This document shows, piece after piece, positions 16,917 through 27,040 of a stretch of DNA of 64,000 bases. The DNA comes from Candidatus Rariloculaceae bacterium (GTDB taxonomy: Bacteria; Pseudomonadota; Gammaproteobacteria; Steroidobacterales; Rariloculaceae), in NCBI GenBank assembly GCA_045561025.1, contig JBJKYM010000034.1, positions 27,975 to 91,974 on the forward strand, in the 5' to 3' direction. Both the position numbers and the translations under genes were made by a program. Below the pieces are notes generated by a model, which did no database searches, had not been told where the DNA came from, and saw nothing but the letters and a program-made list of their open reading frames with translations. How positions within the stretch are numbered: the stretch's first letter is position 1; each line of letters begins with the position of its first letter.

Positions 16917-17922
16917 CTATGACTTGATGGCCAGGGGACCGCTTCGGTAGTCGGGCTCTCGGATAGCGACGCGATCACGCCCCTGATCCTTGGCGTCATA
17001 CATCGCGCCATCAGCACGTTCAAGCAGGCGATCAAGGTCATCCGCGTCTGCCGCAGCCGTCAAGCCGATAGAGATTGTTACCTCGACCGGCAGTTTCGGA
17101 TCACCATTCCCGTCAATGTCCTTGCGAATACGCTCCGCAGTTCTCGTTGCTGTTTCGAGCGAAACACGCGGGAGTAGTACTACGAATTCATCGCCCCCAA
17201 AGCGGGCTATCAGATCGGTTGGTCGAAGTCTCGTCCGCAGTGTCTCGGCGATGGCGACGAGTATCTGGTCTCCGGCAATGTGGCCCAATTCGTCATTGAT
17301 GTCCTTGAAGTGATCGACGTCAGCCATCAGCAGGTACAGCTGGCCCGGATCGTTCCGCTCTCGATCCAGTTCGCGTTCGAACATCTCCTGCATCCAGTGA
17401 CGATTACCTAGTCCGGTTAACGCATCCGTTACCGCATTGCGTTCGGCCTGACTGATTGCGCCGAGCCGTTCGGCAATAAATTCGTTGTACGGAACGTACG
17501 CGGTTGGAGATGACGACCAGCAGATTCTTCGCCAGAACATGAGAACGGCCGATCTTCTGCCAGAGTACCTTATCGCTGAGAACCATCAGGTGAGAATCCT
17601 CGGTAGCGACAACATAGGTGTTTTGGTCCTAGGTCTCGATCAGCTACATCTCACCTGTGCAACTGCCTGGATGGAGGGTTGCTGCGGCGGACGATTTGAC
17701 CGACCGCAGATAGACCTCGAGCGAGCCCGAGAGAACGATATAGATAGAGTCGTTCAGATTGTCCGGCGATAGCAGGGTCTCACCGCGTTGGACATCGACG
17801 CGATTGCATTGCGTCAGAAGGTCGGAGATATGGTCCGGCTCGACGCCATTGAACAGCTCGATACTCGCGAGCAGCGAGCGTCTGAAGTCAGAATCGATGG
17901 GATTGACGGACCCAACTACCAT
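16917..17922 (-). pseudogene. cNMP-binding / GGDEF diguanylate cyclase, disrupted (two in-frame TAG codons plus a frameshift)
   Basis: The cNMP-binding domain frame reads ..GSCTGEM*LIET*DQNTYVVATEDSHLMVL..AKNLLVVISNRVR, with TAG at 17646-17644 and 17631-17629. The frame changes around 17485-17510 into the GGDEF ORF (..DALTGLGNR..RFGGDEFVVLL..). Confidence 0.75.
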
Positions 17923-17988
17923 AAGGCGCCTCGAACGTAATGCATCCGCCTATGGTAGGTAGGCGCGGCACTTTGGAGCGTGACGTAG

Positions 17989-19077
17989 TTAGCAATCCGC
18001 GTGCTGCGCGAGCGCCCATTCGACGTGCTCGCGAACCAGCGCAGACGGGTCATTGCGACGCTCGCTCAGCGCCTTCACGATGTCCGGGTCTGTCGGCGCA
18101 TTGCCGAGTGCAACTGCGATATTTCTTAGCCAGCCCTGATAGCCCGCTCTTCGCAGTGCACTGCCTTCCGTCGAGGCGCTCCATTCGGCTTCCGTCCAGC
18201 GGAATAAATCGACGAGCGCGGCGTCATCGAGGGCGTGGCGTGGTATGAAATCGGCTTCGGCGGACGGTTGAGCGAATTTGTTCCACGGGCAGACCAGCTG
18301 GCAGTCGTCGCAGCCAAAGATTCGGTTGCCGATCGCCTCGCGAAACTCGACCGGTATCGAACCGCGTAGCTCGATCGTCAGGTATGAGATGCAGCGGCGG
18401 GCATCCAACTGGTATGGGGCGACGATCGCATCCGTCGGGCAGATATCAATACAGGCGCTGCAGGTACCGCAATGATCCGTCGCGGGTTGATCGATGGGTA
18501 GCGGAAGATCGGTAAAAAGCTCGCCGAGAAAAAAATAGGAGCCGGCTTTGTGGTTTAGTAGATTGGTGTGCTTTCCAACCCAGCCCAGACCCGCGTTTCG
18601 AGCGAGACTCTTTTCCAGTACCGGCGCACTGTCGACGAATACGCGGTAGCCGAAGGAGCCGACCTGCTGCTCGATGAACTGAGCGAGTTCCCGCAGTTTT
18701 CCCCGGAGTACCTTGTGATAGTCCCGACCGAGGGTATATCGAGAGATGTAGGCGCGTTTCCCGCGCTGAAGTACGGCGTCCGCGTCCGCGGCATCTTCCG
18801 GCCAGTAGTCCAGGCGCGCTGAGATAACTCGCGCTGTACCGGGAACCAGCAGATCCGGCCGCGAGCGCTTCTGGCCATGTTTGGCCATATAGCCCATCTC
18901 GCCGTGGCGTTTGAGTTCCAGCCAGCGCTCGAGTCGACTTTCTTCCTCGCCCAGATCGATGCCGCTGATACCGAGCTGCTGGAAGCCCAGCGAAATGCCG
19001 TGGCGTTTGATCGCGGTCGCGAGATCGCTCAGATGCGCTTCCGAAAGCCCGAAATCTTCTGTCGAATTAATACTCAT
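17989..19077 (-). CDS. queG: tRNA epoxyqueuosine(34) reductase
   Basis: 362 aa. Two 4Fe-4S motifs (CGTCSACIDICP, CDDCQLVCPWN) and C-terminal HEAT-like repeats. Confidence 0.9.
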   Translation of the reverse strand: MSINSTEDFGLSEAHLSDLATAIKRHGISLGFQQLGISGIDLGEEESRLERWLELKRHGEMGYMAKHGQKRSRPDLLVPGTARVISARLDYWPEDAADADAVLQRGKRAYISRYTLGRDYHKVLRGKLRELAQFIEQQVGSFGYRVFVDSAPVLEKSLARNAGLGWVGKHTNLLNHKAGSYFFLGELFTDLPLPIDQPATDHCGTCSACIDICPTDAIVAPYQLDARRCISYLTIELRGSIPVEFREAIGNRIFGCDDCQLVCPWNKFAQPSAEADFIPRHALDDAALVDLFRWTEAEWSASTEGSALRRAGYQGWLRNIAVALGNAPTDPDIVKALSERRNDPSALVREHVEWALAQHADC

Positions 19078-19102
19078 GCAGGCGGCCAGTATAATCGGCG
19101 AT

Positions 19103-20587
19103 ATGGCTGAACTCCCTGCAGAGATCTATAGCGCCCAGCAGGTGCGCGACCTCGACCGGGTCGCCATCGAAGGGCAGGGGATTCCCGCGTATGAGCTGAT
19201 GTGTCGTGCCGGAGCCGCAGCGCTGGCCTGCATCGAGCGAGACTGGCCCGATGTAGAAGGGCTCACTATTCTCTGCGGTGCGGGCAACAATGCCGGCGAT
19301 GGGTACGTGTTAGCTCGGCTTGCTGCGGCGGCCGGTCTGCGGATCCGCGTCATCGCTATCTCGTCTCCCGAAAATCTCACGGGAGCAGCAGCCAATGCCT
19401 GGAGCGATTTACAGGCCGCTGGCGGGAGCATTGAGCCCTTCGCGGGCGGAGTCATCTTTGACGATGATCTGATTGTCGATGCGCTCCTCGGAACCGGGCT
19501 CCAGCGAGACCTCGGGGGCGATTACCTTGCGGTTGTCGAAGCCATCAACGCGGCACCGAATCCCGTGCTGGCTCTGGACATGCCGACCGGGCTAGAGGCC
19601 GATTCCGGGATGCCGATGGCCGACGCTGTGCAGGCGGATGTCACGATCTCGTTTGTCGGTCTGAACTCCGGACTGTTTCTGGGGCTCGCTCCCGACTATT
19701 GCGGCAAGCTCGAGTTTTCGGACCTCGATATTCCAAGAGAAGTTTATCGCGGAAGCGAGTACGTCCTTGAACGCCTGACGTCTGGGGTTCTTCGCGAGGT
19801 GCTGCCGCCGCGTCGGGCGTCATCGCACAAGCGTAGCCATGGCAGTTTGCTGCTCATCGGGGGCTCAAACGGCATGGCCGGCGCCATATTGCTCGCGGGC
19901 GAAGCAGCGCTGCGCGCCGGTGCCGGTCTTGTCCGTGTCGCGACTCATGCAAGCAGCACAGCCGCAGTTGTTGCCGCGCGCCCGGAACTCATGACACTGG
20001 CCGTCAGTGAGCCGTCCGATCTGGACGAGGCCATTGAGTCGGCCGATGCAATCGTTATCGGCCCCGGGCTTGGTCAGACAGCGTGGGCGCGAGGGTTAAT
20101 GGAGCGTGCGCTGGCCTCGGATCTGCCCGTCGTTCTCGATGCGGACGGATTGAACCTTCTCGCGAAGCAACCCGCGGCCAGGGGCAACTGGATTCTGACA
20201 CCGCACCCCGGGGAGGCAGCGCGCCTGCTGCAATGTGACGTCGCGACGATTCAGCGCGACCGGATGCAGGCAGCAATCGATCTTTCCGACCGCTACGCTG
20301 CCGCGGTCGTGCTCAAGGGTGCGAGCAGTCTGGTCGCCGCTCCCGGTGAAGCGCCTGTTGCGGTATGCGATCGCGGCAATCCAGGTATGGCCACGGCTGG
20401 TATGGGAGATGTTCTGGCCGGGGTCGCCGGCGCCCTAAGGGTACAAACCGGCGATAACCGACTCTCAATGCGCGCAGCCGTGCTGCTGCATGCGCTCGCG
20501 GGAGACGCGGCAGTCACCGACGGGCAGCGCGGTCTCGTCGCGCGTGACCTGATGCCGCATATCAGACGCTACGCTAATCCGATCTGA
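19103..20587 (+). CDS. nnr: bifunctional NAD(P)H-hydrate epimerase / ADP-dependent dehydratase
   Basis: YjeF N- and C-terminal domains (..LCGAGNNAGDGY.. and ..GPGLG..). I prefer ATG 19103 (MAELPAEIYSAQQVRDLD) because the track start 18911 overlaps queG. Confidence 0.9.
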   Translation: MAELPAEIYSAQQVRDLDRVAIEGQGIPAYELMCRAGAAALACIERDWPDVEGLTILCGAGNNAGDGYVLARLAAAAGLRIRVIAISSPENLTGAAANAWSDLQAAGGSIEPFAGGVIFDDDLIVDALLGTGLQRDLGGDYLAVVEAINAAPNPVLALDMPTGLEADSGMPMADAVQADVTISFVGLNSGLFLGLAPDYCGKLEFSDLDIPREVYRGSEYVLERLTSGVLREVLPPRRASSHKRSHGSLLLIGGSNGMAGAILLAGEAALRAGAGLVRVATHASSTAAVVAARPELMTLAVSEPSDLDEAIESADAIVIGPGLGQTAWARGLMERALASDLPVVLDADGLNLLAKQPAARGNWILTPHPGEAARLLQCDVATIQRDRMQAAIDLSDRYAAAVVLKGASSLVAAPGEAPVAVCDRGNPGMATAGMGDVLAGVAGALRVQTGDNRLSMRAAVLLHALAGDAAVTDGQRGLVARDLMPHIRRYANPI

Positions 20588-21105
20588 TGGCAGAGGGAGA
20601 GCTGCAACTCGATTCCGAATCGAAATTCAAAGCGCGGGCGGGTGAGATCGCGCGCCGCTGGATGAATGCCGGGCTGGCGCCGTTGTTGATCGGCCTGCAA
20701 GGTGATCTCGGCAGCGGCAAGACGACCTGGGTGCGGGGAATGCTCGAAGGTCTGGGTCACGCCGGCCGGGTACCCTCCCCAACCTACACACTGGTTGAAA
20801 CCTACGCGCTCGAAAAAATCACGCTGGTCCACGTCGACCTGTACCGCCTGAGTACCTCGGACGATACAGATAGCCAGGCCGAAATCGAGTCGCTGGGGCT
20901 GCGCGACTGGCTCGAGCAATCTGCCACCTGGCTGCTCGTTGAATGGCCGGACCGCTCGCCGCTTCTCGCGTCACGTTGCGATCTTCGGGTGGCGTTCGAG
21001 GCCGGGGCGGGGGAGCAGCGGACACTGCGGTTTTCGGCGCTGAGCCGCCTTGGAGAGACGGCTCTTAAGGAGTTAGCCCTGTATTCTAAATCCGCTTCGA
21101 GCTAG
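20587..21105 (+). CDS. tsaE: tRNA t6A37 biosynthesis ATPase TsaE
   Basis: LQGDLGSGKTTWVRG...SPTYTLVETY...HVDLYRL motifs. Start overlaps the nnr stop (TGATG). Confidence 0.9.
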   Translation: MAEGELQLDSESKFKARAGEIARRWMNAGLAPLLIGLQGDLGSGKTTWVRGMLEGLGHAGRVPSPTYTLVETYALEKITLVHVDLYRLSTSDDTDSQAEIESLGLRDWLEQSATWLLVEWPDRSPLLASRCDLRVAFEAGAGEQRTLRFSALSRLGETALKELALYSKSASS

Positions 21106-21196
21106 ATCCTCTAATTCCTTATTTTTTAAGAATAAATCTTGAAATTTTGCCCGGAAATTGCGAACATAACGTGGCTGGCTTTGGGAGAGTATTGGC

Positions 21197-22510
21197 TTGA
21201 GACTGCATGTTCGATCGGATTATTTTCTGCTACTGATACTCGCCAGTACCACGCAGATTTTGGCCGCCGAAGTCGAAGGACTGCGGGTCTGGTCCAGCCC
21301 TGAGTCGACGCGCGTCGTTCTCGATCTCTCCGCCGCCGCGACCCACCGAGTATTCTCTCTGGAAGACCCGAACAGAATCGTCATCGATCTGACCGATGCG
21401 CGGGTCTCCTCGCGGGTCCGGATGCCGGAAGTCGGTGGCATAGTCGCCGGGATACGCACCGGAACTCGTTCGGGCGGCGACCTTCGCGTCGTGCTGGATC
21501 TCAACGGCGCTGCCAGGCTCAATTCATTTCTTCTCGAGCCCAATGAAACCTATGGTCACCGACTGGTTGTCGATCTCACGGCTTCGTCAGGAGCATCGGT
21601 CATACGCAGAGCACCCCAGGCGCCGGCGAATGGTGGCCGTGATCTGGTCATCGCGATTGACGCCGGCCATGGCGGAGACGATCCGGGCGCCAGTGGGCCT
21701 CGGGGTGTCCGCGAGAAAAACGTCGTACTTGCAGTCGCACGCCGGCTTGCTGAAGAGGTTCAGCAGCAGCCCGGTATGCGCCCGCTCCTGATTCGCGATG
21801 GTGACTACTTCATTTCTCATCGTGACCGAATGGGTAGGGCGCATCGTGCCGAAGCCGATCTGTTCGTTTCTATTCATGCAGACGCGTATAAGAATGGCAG
21901 CGCCAGTGGCGCGACCGTCTATATGCTTTCGCAGAAGGGTGCGACCGATGAAGCGGCGCGCACGCTGGCGGAACGCGAGAACGCCTCCGATTTGCTCGGA
22001 GGCGTGTCGCTTAGCGACAAGGACGACGTGCTTGCGGGTGTATTGCTCGATCTCTCGCAAAGTGCGGTGATTAGCGCGAGTTCGGTTGCCGCAGGCTATG
22101 TGATCGACAGGTTGGGGCGGGTGACGCGCATTCGAAAGAGTGAGGTTCAACGCGCGCCGTTTCTCGTGTTGAAGTCACCTGATATTCCCTCGCTGCTGAT
22201 CGAGACGGCCTATATTTCTAATCCCGCTGAAGAGCGCGCACTCAACGACGGAAGATTCCAGGCGGATCTGGCGCGTGCTATTCACGACGGTATCGTCGAC
22301 TACTTCCGTGATCATCCGCCACCTGATAGTTATCTCGCGTCGAATCCGCCGCCACGTCGTGATACGCCGGTTCGCCACGTCATCAGCCGGGGTGAAACAT
22401 TGTCCGGGATTGCTGAGCGTTATCGTGTTCGACTTGCGACACTGAAACGCCACAACCAGATCACCAACGACGTTATTCATGTCGGGCAGGTGCTGACCAT
22501 TCCGATCTAG
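21197..22510 (+). CDS. amiB: N-acetylmuramoyl-L-alanine amidase with AMIN and LysM domains
   Basis: Signal peptide, AMIN-like N-terminus, Amidase_3 core ([14 protein letters not shown]), C-terminal LysM ([16 protein letters not shown]..). Occupies the tsaE-amiB-mutL position as in E. coli. Confidence 0.88.
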   Translation: MRLHVRSDYFLLLILASTTQILAAEVEGLRVWSSPESTRVVLDLSAAATHRVFSLEDPNRIVIDLTDARVSSRVRMPEVGGIVAGIRTGTRSGGDLRVVLDLNGAARLNSFLLEPNETYGHRLVVDLTASSGASVIRRAPQAPANGGRDLVIAIDAGHGGDDPGASGPRGVREKNVVLAVARRLAEEVQQQPGMRPLLIRDGDYFISHRDRMGRAHRAEADLFVSIHADAYKNGSASGATVYMLSQKGATDEAARTLAERENASDLLGGVSLSDKDDVLAGVLLDLSQSAVISASSVAAGYVIDRLGRVTRIRKSEVQRAPFLVLKSPDIPSLLIETAYISNPAEERALNDGRFQADLARAIHDGIVDYFRDHPPPDSYLASNPPPRRDTPVRHVISRGETLSGIAERYRVRLATLKRHNQITNDVIHVGQVLTIPI

Positions 22511-22595
22511 GCAGTCGTCGGGGTCGGTCAATGGTTGTAGGAGCGATTCTTTTCTAACCTTTCGCGGCCGGGCGGTCGCTCATACAATAGCGGGC

Positions 22596-24358
22596 GTGGC
22601 CATCCGCTTACTCTCGGAGCAACTCATCGACCAGATCGCAGCGGGCGAGGTCATTGAGCGGCCGGCATCCGCGCTGAAAGAACTGATAGAAAACAGTCTC
22701 GATGCCGGCGCGAAACGAGTCGATATCGAGATTCAGGCGGTGGGACGCGGCTGATCCGAATACGCGATGATGGCGCGGGCATAGAAAAGGACGAGCTCGC
22801 ACTCGCACTGTCTCGCCATGCGACCAGCAAGATCGCGAACCTGGAAGGGCTGGAGAGCGTCGCGACGTTTGGCTTTCGCGGTGAAGCGCTGCCGAGTATC
22901 GGCTCGGTCGCGCATCTGAAATTGACATCGCGTGCTCATGGTCAGGAGACGGGCTGGTCGATTGATTGCGATGGCGGCGAACTCAGCGAGCCGAAGCCCG
23001 CCGCGCATCCGCCCGGAACGACACTCGAAGTTCGTGACTTGTTCTTTAATACACCGGCAAGGCGAAAATTCCTGCGAACCGAACGCACGGAGTACTCGCA
23101 CATCGACAACGTCGTACGCAGTCTTTCTCTTGCCCGGTTCGATGTCGCCTGGCAGCTTCGCCATAACCAACGTGCCAGCTTCGCATTGCCCCCGGCAGCA
23201 AGCCGCGAGGAACATGAAGCAAGAATTAGTCACGTCTGCGGTGAGAACTTTCTAGAGAACGCACGGTATTTCGAGCGAGAGATTGAAGGTCTGCGCTTGC
23301 AGGGATGGCTTGCGGATCCAACGTTTTCACGAAGTCAGGCGGACATGCAGTACACGTTCGTCAACGGCCGCGTCGTGCGCGATAAAGTTCTGCGTCACGC
23401 AGTAAGACTGGGTTATCAGGACGTACTGTTCCAATCGAGGCAACCGGCCTATGTCGTATTTCTGGAGCTGGACCCGCGTCGGGTAGACGTTAATGCTCAT
23501 CCGGCCAAGCTGGAAATACGTTTCCGGGATTCACGACTCGTGCACGATTTTGTATTCCGCACGGTCGAGGCAGCGCTCGCCAGCACACTCGACTCCGGGC
23601 AACGGGAAACATCCCGTCCACCCGCCCAGGTTACGAGCTCGGATCCGGCGCAGCCGTTACGGCAGCAACCGCTGAGTCTTGCCAACCGGTCAACGCCGGC
23701 ACAGGTACGTGAAGCCATGCCGGTCTACGAACTTCTTCACGCGCGCCCGACGCCGAAACACAAAGAAGAGGAGTATCCGCCGCTGGGATTTGCGCTGGCG
23801 CAACTGGCGGGTATCTATATTCTCGCGGAAAACGAAGACGGTTTGATCATCGTCGATATGCATGCAGCTCACGAACGGGTCACGTACGAGCGCCTGAAAG
23901 TCACATTGGGCAGCGATAAGCTGAAAGGACAGCCGCTACTCGTGCCGATCTCGGTCAATGTGTCCGAGCGGGAAGCGGAAGCCGTGGAGACCTGTTCCGA
24001 CAGACTGCGTCAGCTCGGCTTTGCAGCCCTTCGCCGTGGGCCTGAAGAGATTCAGATCAGTGAAGTACCGCAGCTATTGGATGGCACCGAAGTCGAGGCA
24101 TTGTTTCGCGATGTTCTCAGCGATCTGCTTTCGTCATCGGGCGGGGAACGTGTTGAAGGCCTGGCAAACGACGTCCTCGCGACAATGGCCTGCCACGGTG
24201 CGATACGCGCCAACCGTCAGCTCAGCGTTGAGGAAATGAACGCGCTGCTCAGGGAGATGGAGCAAACGGAACGCAGTGATCAGTGCAATCACGGTCGGCC
24301 CACCTGGACGCGGGTTACGATCGTGGAGCTTGACCGCCTGTTCTTTCGCGGTCAGTGA
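22596..24358 (+). CDS. mutL: DNA mismatch repair protein MutL, reading frame interrupted by an apparent 1-nt loss at ~22739
   Basis: GTG 22596 gives [48 protein letters not shown], then runs into TGA at 22752. The expected continuation [32 protein letters not shown].. is in the adjacent frame from 22739 and runs on to 24358. Confidence 0.85.
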
Positions 24359-25332
24359 GCGCCGAGTCCGGCACTTTGGCGACAAGCGTCGACTGTGTCT
24401 GTCTGACCGGACCGACCGCCTGCGGCAAGACTGAGTTGGCGCTGAGACTGGCGGAGCATGTGCCGCTCGAGGTCGTCAGTATGGACTCCGCACTTGTCTA
24501 TCGAGGAATGGATATCGGCACGGCGAAACCGTCGCTCGCCGTTCGGCAGCAAGTACCCCACCATCTCATCGACATCATTGATGCGTCGGAAGCGTATTCT
24601 GCCGGCCGCTTCGTTCGCGATGCTGAGGCGAAAGTGGAAGAGATAAAGGCGCGTGGCCGATTGCCATTACTGGTTGGTGGTACCCATCTTTACCTTCGTG
24701 CGATACGAGACGGGATCGCAGATCTTCCGGAGGCCGATAGCACGGTGCGTAATCAGTTGGATGCCGAAGCGGAAATGCTTGGCTGGCCCGCGCTGCACGA
24801 ACGCCTGGCATCAATCGATCCGGACGCGGCGGAGCGAATATCGCCGAGTGACGGGCAGCGAATTCAACGTGCGCTCGAGGTCTTCGAACTCACGGGAAAA
24901 TCGCTGACAGATCAGCAGCGTGCGTCTCACGCGACGGCGACACTCACGGTAAAGACGTTCGCCGTCCTTCCGACAGACCGTGGTGCGCTGGCCGAGAGAA
25001 TAGAACAGCGATTCGACAGTATGGTTGCGGAGGGTTTCGTCGAGGAGGTCGAGAAATTCAAAGCGCGCGAAGACCTGAGCCCAACGACTCCGGCGATGCG
25101 CGCTGTCGGTTACAGGCAGATGTGGGCCTATCTTGCAGGGGAGTGCAGCTGGGCCGAGGCACGTGATCGGGCGCTCGCCGCGACGCGTCAGCTCGCGAAA
25201 CGACAGCTGACGTCGCTGCGATCCGACGCGCTGGCCGAGACCCTGGCGCTCGAGGGCCAGGACGTTGAACGAACGTTCGCGGTGGCTGTCCAAGCCGTTG
25301 TCACTTCGAATGGACACGAATTATCGAATTAG
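24355..25332 (+). CDS. miaA: tRNA dimethylallyltransferase
   Basis: P-loop GPTACGKTE followed by SMDSALVYRGMDIGTAKP. GTG start overlaps the mutL stop. Confidence 0.92.
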   Translation: MSAESGTLATSVDCVCLTGPTACGKTELALRLAEHVPLEVVSMDSALVYRGMDIGTAKPSLAVRQQVPHHLIDIIDASEAYSAGRFVRDAEAKVEEIKARGRLPLLVGGTHLYLRAIRDGIADLPEADSTVRNQLDAEAEMLGWPALHERLASIDPDAAERISPSDGQRIQRALEVFELTGKSLTDQQRASHATATLTVKTFAVLPTDRGALAERIEQRFDSMVAEGFVEEVEKFKAREDLSPTTPAMRAVGYRQMWAYLAGECSWAEARDRALAATRQLAKRQLTSLRSDALAETLALEGQDVERTFAVAVQAVVTSNGHELSN

Positions 25333-25481
25333 GCCTTGAAATTTGGGTGCTGTGCTACTATTTCTAGCTCGTGGGATGACACCTTTTGTGAAAAGCGGAG
25401 TTTCGGCGCTACTGCAGCCGCAGCGGTGCGGACTGTGGCGTCGGCCCTGATCTCGAAAAACCTAAAAATAAGGAGATATCC

Positions 25482-25721
25482 ATGGCCAAAGGTCAGTCAT
25501 TGCAAGACCCGTTTCTAAACGCCTTGCGTAAGGAGAAGGTCCCGGTCTCGATCTACCTGGTCAATGGCATCAAGCTTCAAGGGCAGATCGATTCTTTCGA
25601 TCAGTTTGTTGTGTTACTGCGTAACAGCGTGAATCAGATGGTTTATAAACATGCGATTTCCACGGTGGTGCCATCGCGGAACGTGCAACTGACTATGGAT
25701 GATGACAACGCCGAGGAATGA
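25482..25721 (+). CDS. hfq: RNA chaperone Hfq
   Basis: [46 protein letters not shown].. is nearly identical to canonical Hfq. Confidence 0.96.
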   Translation: MAKGQSLQDPFLNALRKEKVPVSIYLVNGIKLQGQIDSFDQFVVLLRNSVNQMVYKHAISTVVPSRNVQLTMDDDNAEE

Positions 25722-25747
25722 ACGCCCGCAAGGGCAGGGAGCCCTGA

Positions 25748-27040
25748 TTGCTTGAACGACCTGGAACTGGTGAACGCGCGCTATTGCTTCATATCGGTCT
25801 GAAAAGACCCTGTGACGAAGACGAGATCCAGGAATTCCGAGCGCTGGCCACATCGGCGGGTGCTGAGGTTGCAGGCGAACTCCACGCGCGGCGAGACCGG
25901 CCCGCTCCGAAGTTATTCATCGGCAGCGGCAAGGCTGAGGAGCTAAAGGAGCTGGTGGATGGAAGCTGTGCCGAGCTTGTCCTGGTCAATCGACCGTTGA
26001 CGCCGAGCCAGGAACGGAATCTGGAACTCCTGCTAAATGCCAGAGTATTGGACCGAAATGGCCTGATTCTGGACATTTTCGCCCAACGAGCCGCCACTTT
26101 CGAAGGAAAAATCCAGGTTGAGCTGGCCCAGCTGGAGCATCTTTCTACCCGTCTGGTAAGGGGCTGGACCCATCTGGAACGGCAGAAAGGCGGTATCGGG
26201 CTCCGGGGACCCGGCGAAACCCAGCTCGAGACGGATCGGCGACTCCTGAGTCAGCGCATCAAACACCTCAAGGCGCGACTGGATCGGGTCGAGAAACAAC
26301 GCGAGATGAGCCGGCGGGAGCGCCGTCGGGCACACACGCCGACCGTCGCATTGGTCGGTTATACAAATGCCGGAAAAACAAGCATTTTCAATGCATTAAG
26401 CGGATCTTATGCGAAAGCACGTGATCAGCTGTTTGCGACCCTGGATCCGACAATCCGGCGTCTGACATCGTCCGGCGACGACGAGATTCTGTTGGCGGAT
26501 ACCGTCGGTTTCGTTCGCGATCTGCCGCATGAGCTGGTTGCCGCATTTCGTGCGACGTTGACCGAAACTCGTGAGGCGAGTCTCTTGCTGCATGTTATTG
26601 ATGTGAGCGACCCGCACCACGCAGATCGCATGCGACAGGTCGAAAATGTCCTCGAGGGCATCGGCGCAGCCGATGTGCCCTGTCTGCAGGTGTATAATAA
26701 GATAGATAAGGTGCCCGCGGTCGCGGAGCGGTCATTGAACGGCTCGAAACAGGCGAAAGTCTGGGTCTCCGCAGCAACGAGCGAGGGACTGATCGAGTTG
26801 ACGGAGGCAATACGGAGCCGGTGTCTGGGACCGTCCGTCAGCGGACGACTGGAACTTGGGCCGGAGCAGAGCAGACTAAGGGCAAGACTTTTTGATTTAC
26901 AGGCGGTACGCAAGGAGTGTGCCCATGAGTCCGGTGGCTGGACTTTGGATGTGGAGCTCACCGCGAATCGGTGGGATGAACTCCGCACACAGGAAGGCCT
27001 CCCGGACGATAGCTTTCAACGGGAAGTACAAGTGCAATGA
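25748..27040 (+). CDS. hflX: GTPase HflX
   Basis: HflX N-domain plus G-domain (GYTNAGKTS, DTVGF, NKID). TTG start with AGGGAG RBS. Confidence 0.92.
   Translation: MLERPGTGERALLLHIGLKRPCDEDEIQEFRALATSAGAEVAGELHARRDRPAPKLFIGSGKAEELKELVDGSCAELVLVNRPLTPSQERNLELLLNARVLDRNGLILDIFAQRAATFEGKIQVELAQLEHLSTRLVRGWTHLERQKGGIGLRGPGETQLETDRRLLSQRIKHLKARLDRVEKQREMSRRERRRAHTPTVALVGYTNAGKTSIFNALSGSYAKARDQLFATLDPTIRRLTSSGDDEILLADTVGFVRDLPHELVAAFRATLTETREASLLLHVIDVSDPHHADRMRQVENVLEGIGAADVPCLQVYNKIDKVPAVAERSLNGSKQAKVWVSAATSEGLIELTEAIRSRCLGPSVSGRLELGPEQSRLRARLFDLQAVRKECAHESGGWTLDVELTANRWDELRTQEGLPDDSFQREVQVQ

Noticed and set aside
3148-17646. All three in-frame stops in broken genes are TAG (3150-3148, 17646-17644, 17631-17629): amber recoding or suppression?
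   Set aside because: The tRNA-Glu in the window has anticodon CUC, not CUA. Many ordinary genes here terminate with TAG (for example purA and the FG-GAP gene). The affected genes also carry frameshifts, so pseudogenisation or error is simpler.
25336-25481. sigma70-like TTGAAA / TACTAT boxes upstream of hfq
   Set aside because: The spacer is only about 14 nt for the better -10 box, and the alternative -10 (TATTTC) is poor. hfq promoters are often inside miaA, so no confident call is possible.
25724-25735. GCCC-GCAA-GGGC hairpin between hfq and hflX as a terminator
   Set aside because: The stem is only 4 bp with no T-run, and it overlaps the hflX RBS region. At most it is a minor processing or attenuation element, which is not supportable from sequence alone.
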